Of a DNA stretch of 61,965 nt, positions 59,455-61,965 are shown in pieces. Source of the DNA: an uncultured Pseudomonadales bacterium (GTDB lineage: Bacteria > Patescibacteriota > Microgenomatia > UBA1400 > PJMF01); assembly GCA_964633875.1 (NCBI GenBank), contig CAZWKL010000002.1:89338-151302 (forward strand). Reading direction: 5' to 3'. Both the position numbers and the translations under genes were made by a program. The notes under the pieces were generated by a model. The model made no database searches. It saw nothing but the letters and a program-made list of their open reading frames with translations, and was not told the DNA's origin. The first letter of the stretch is position 1, and each line of letters begins with the position of its first letter.

Positions 59455-59877
59455 ATGCACAAAAAGAAGCAAGGCAGCCGCGGTTTTACCCTCCTTGAAC
59501 TGTTGGTGGTGATTTCTATTATTGGTATTTTGATGGCCATGGGGGTGGTGGCCTACTCAACGGCGCAAAAAAAAGGCCGCGATGCCAAGCGGCGCGCGGA
59601 TATGAATGCCTTGCAAACCGCTCAGGAGCAGTATTATGCGGCCAATAATGGGACTTATGCAAATCCAACTGATGTTTTAGCAGATGAGGGGTATATAAAC
59701 TCCGTGCCAAGTGATCCAAAGCCATCGCCACATATACAATATAATTTTAGACACAATCCTCCAGGGACATCATACTGTTACTGTGCCCGTTTAGAAGAAT
59801 CTACGGGGAATAGCGGCAGCATTCAGTGCACTTGGGGTACAAACGATATTTATTACTGTGTGGAACAGCTGCAATAA
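59455..59877 (+). CDS. Type IV pilin-like protein (GspG/PilA-like)
   Basis: G/FTLLELLVV; RDAKRRAD; DP motif and Cys pairs. Confidence 0.88.
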   Translation: MHKKKQGSRGFTLLELLVVISIIGILMAMGVVAYSTAQKKGRDAKRRADMNALQTAQEQYYAANNGTYANPTDVLADEGYINSVPSDPKPSPHIQYNFRHNPPGTSYCYCARLEESTGNSGSIQCTWGTNDIYYCVEQLQ

Positions 59878-59893
59878 CCAAAAAAAGGACAAG

Positions 59894-60343
59894 ATGAAAT
59901 CACAAAAAGGCTTTTCTCTCATTGAACTCTTGGTGGTGGCTACGATTATCATTGTTTTGTCCACGATTGGGGTGGTCAGCTTTTCCAGCTCAGGCAAAAC
60001 TGCCAGAGATAACCGCCGGAAAGCTGATATAGAAATGGTGCGGCAGGCCCTGGTGCTTCATCGCAATGAGCAGGGTGGTTACCCCACTATTAGCGCTAAC
60101 AACCCAAAGAATAGATATGGTGGCATGGTTGATATACTTGCTGATGGGGGCTATCTTTCGGATCCAACCCCACTTGATCCAAAGAATGATGATATTTATT
60201 ATTACGGTTATACAAGCACTTATCAGAACCCCACTTTCTGCCTCTGCGCCGAACTAGAAACGGACAAGGGAAACAAAACTAGCCGGAGTTGTGAGGGATC
60301 ATACTTAACTTCAGGCCAGTTTTACTGCGTCCAACAACCATAA
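59894..60343 (+). CDS. Type IV pilin-like protein (GspG-like)
   Basis: G/FSLIELLVV; RDNRRKAD; GGYP; AAGGA RBS. Confidence 0.88.
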   Translation: MKSQKGFSLIELLVVATIIIVLSTIGVVSFSSSGKTARDNRRKADIEMVRQALVLHRNEQGGYPTISANNPKNRYGGMVDILADGGYLSDPTPLDPKNDDIYYYGYTSTYQNPTFCLCAELETDKGNKTSRSCEGSYLTSGQFYCVQQP

Positions 60344-60349
60344 CCCATC

Positions 60350-60922
60350 ATGTCTACTGCCCGGAAACTTCAAGCTCACAGACCAAAAAACGCTGGCTTT
60401 TCCCTCATCGAACTGCTAGTGGTAACTGCCATTATCATCATGCTGGTAGGCATCAGCATTGCTGGCTTTATCCGTTTCAACGAGCGACAGCAGGTGGAGT
60501 CCGCGGCCAAACAAGTCCAAACCTTGTTCCGGACAGCGCAGGCCAAGGCGCAAATCAGAGAAATTCCCACTGGCACATGCGATACACTTGATGGCTATAT
60601 GGTTCGCTTTCAGACTAGCCCAACAAACTCGGTAGAGCTGGTGGTGCAATGTACCAACGGTGTTCCACCAGAAGGGTTGGTTCAAGACCACCTCTCCATT
60701 TCTGCCTACACTGTCCCTGATGGCATTGTTATCACCAGGGATCCTGAATTTGAATCAGTGCTGTTTCGACCGCTCAGAGGAGGGGCAAGAATACACAACT
60801 CATCCGGTGCCGGTGCTGAACTTGATTCAACTGAAGTTTCAGTGGCTAACAGTACGGGATCACCTAATTATGTTTTCACAATTTATAACTCTGGACTAAT
60901 TTCCGAAGGAGGATTTGAGTAG
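60350..60922 (+). CDS. Minor pilin (FimT/GspH-like)
   Basis: G/FSLIELLVV; A..AQ..A pattern; C-terminal G.I motif. Confidence 0.8.
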   Translation: MSTARKLQAHRPKNAGFSLIELLVVTAIIIMLVGISIAGFIRFNERQQVESAAKQVQTLFRTAQAKAQIREIPTGTCDTLDGYMVRFQTSPTNSVELVVQCTNGVPPEGLVQDHLSISAYTVPDGIVITRDPEFESVLFRPLRGGARIHNSSGAGAELDSTEVSVANSTGSPNYVFTIYNSGLISEGGFE

Positions 60923-60942
60923 TTCAAGTAATTTAAGTACGA

Positions 60943-61458
60943 ATGCCAAGATTTTTTAAGCAGCAGAACCAGCATCAAAATCACCGCACCAAAAACCAAC
61001 AAGGTTCCACTATTGTTGAGTTGCTGATCGCTACTCTGGTGGTAGGTTCGGTGATTACTGGTATCGCGGTGGCGCTCACTTACAATATTCACCAGAATGC
61101 TGAAGTGCGTTACCGTGAAGCTGCCGCTAACATGAATCAGCAGGTGTTGGAGGTTTTTCGCCGAGAAAGAGAACGAAACAGTTGGGACGATTTTTACACT
61201 CGTTTGATTGATGGCACCACTTACTGTGTCAACAGTCCCGGCTCTTCTCTGGAGGAGCTAATCAACAGCCCTAGTGACTGTACTGACACTTACGCTTTCG
61301 CCAAAACTACCTTTAAGCGCGAGGCAATCATTACCAAACCTGACGCTAGTGCCGATCAGAGCATCATTCAGCTTACTATCACTACTTATTGGCATGCCAA
61401 TACGATAGACGAAACCTCAGTCACTACCAGTCATACCATGCGAAGACGGTCAAATTAG
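60943..61458 (+). CDS. Minor pilin (PilV-like)
   Basis: G/STIVELLIA; A....Q..LE helix; C-terminal beta strands. Confidence 0.75.
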   Translation: MPRFFKQQNQHQNHRTKNQQGSTIVELLIATLVVGSVITGIAVALTYNIHQNAEVRYREAAANMNQQVLEVFRRERERNSWDDFYTRLIDGTTYCVNSPGSSLEELINSPSDCTDTYAFAKTTFKREAIITKPDASADQSIIQLTITTYWHANTIDETSVTTSHTMRRRSN

Positions 61459-61474
61459 TCGCCTAGTCATTGTG

Positions 61475-61965
61475 CTAGTTTCTCACCTGAATACTAGTGG
61501 TGAAAGTTTCAGGCTGGCCAACCGGCGCATCAGCGCTGTTAATCTTTTGCAGAGCAAATGACACATTCACAAACAACTTATCGCCTGCTTGCTCGCAGTT
61601 AAAACTCCCATTCTCCACCCCGACCGCATTGGAGGTAAGGTAGGTGGTGGTAGCTGAAGCGGAAGCAATCCTGCTGGGGCTGGGAGTAGTATAAGAAAGA
61701 GTGGTGGCGCTATTGTCTATGGAAGTAACGGCGATTGAGCTTGAAGAATTACACGTCACACTTCTGGCATTTCTCAGCAGGAATTCAATTTGGTTGAGCG
61801 CGTAGCTGCCTTCGCGGTTCAAAATCCGGCGGATATTGGTATTAGCAGAACTGGCTAAAAAGGTCATAAACATGGCGGTGACAGTCAAAAGCAGCATGGT
61901 AGTTAGGCCGCTGACAATCAGTAGTTCTATCAAGGTAAAGCCTGTTTTGGAGCGATTGACGCTGT
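61475..61965 (-). CDS. Minor pilin (PilW-like), inverted orientation, start beyond the window edge
   Basis: The minus frame is open to the window end: SVNRSKTG/FTLIELLIV; ends TSIQVRN*. Confidence 0.8.
   Translation of the reverse strand, partial: SVNRSKTGFTLIELLIVSGLTTMLLLTVTAMFMTFLASSANTNIRRILNREGSYALNQIEFLLRNARSVTCNSSSSIAVTSIDNSATTLSYTTPSPSRIASASATTTYLTSNAVGVENGSFNCEQAGDKLFVNVSFALQKINSADAPVGQPETFTTSIQVRN

Overview
A 62-kb chromosomal segment from what looks like a Patescibacteria/CPR bacterium, probably Microgenomates-type. This is inferred from the short EF-Ts, YebC and HolB, the compact gene set and the type IV pilus locus. It uses the standard genetic code and is mostly housekeeping: cysS, purA, ychF, rpsF-ssb-rpsR, S41 and HtrA proteases, prfA, rpmE, hisS, dnaB, lgt-lspA-RluA, glyA-nfo-folD, rpsB-tsf, divergent queA/tgt, yebC, a Xer-family recombinase, gyrB-ppaC-gyrA, holB-like, and a pilB-pilT-pilC-pilin-pilD-minor pilin cluster. 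There are three tRNAs: Ala-CGC, Leu-CAA and Ala-GGC. Accessory parts are one intact AbrB/PIN toxin-antitoxin pair, two decayed TA remnants, and a small island with an archaeal-like nucleotidyltransferase, a TIM-barrel protein, a histidine phosphatase and an HD protein. The main signals outside the ORF track are: (1) a complete His-codon leader-peptide transcription attenuator upstream of hisS; (2) a Ser-rich uORF plus anti-SD upstream of glyA; (3) a symmetric dif-like 13-6-13 site and a candidate structured RNA in a 1-kb non-coding gap near the xer gene; (4) twin identical 17-bp palindromes before the minor-pilin operon; (5) a prepilin gene in inverted orientation at the window end; (6) many apparently leaderless and back-to-back promoters. 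No CRISPR array, rRNA, transposase or prophage was seen. All homology calls come from motif recognition by eye; no database searches were run.
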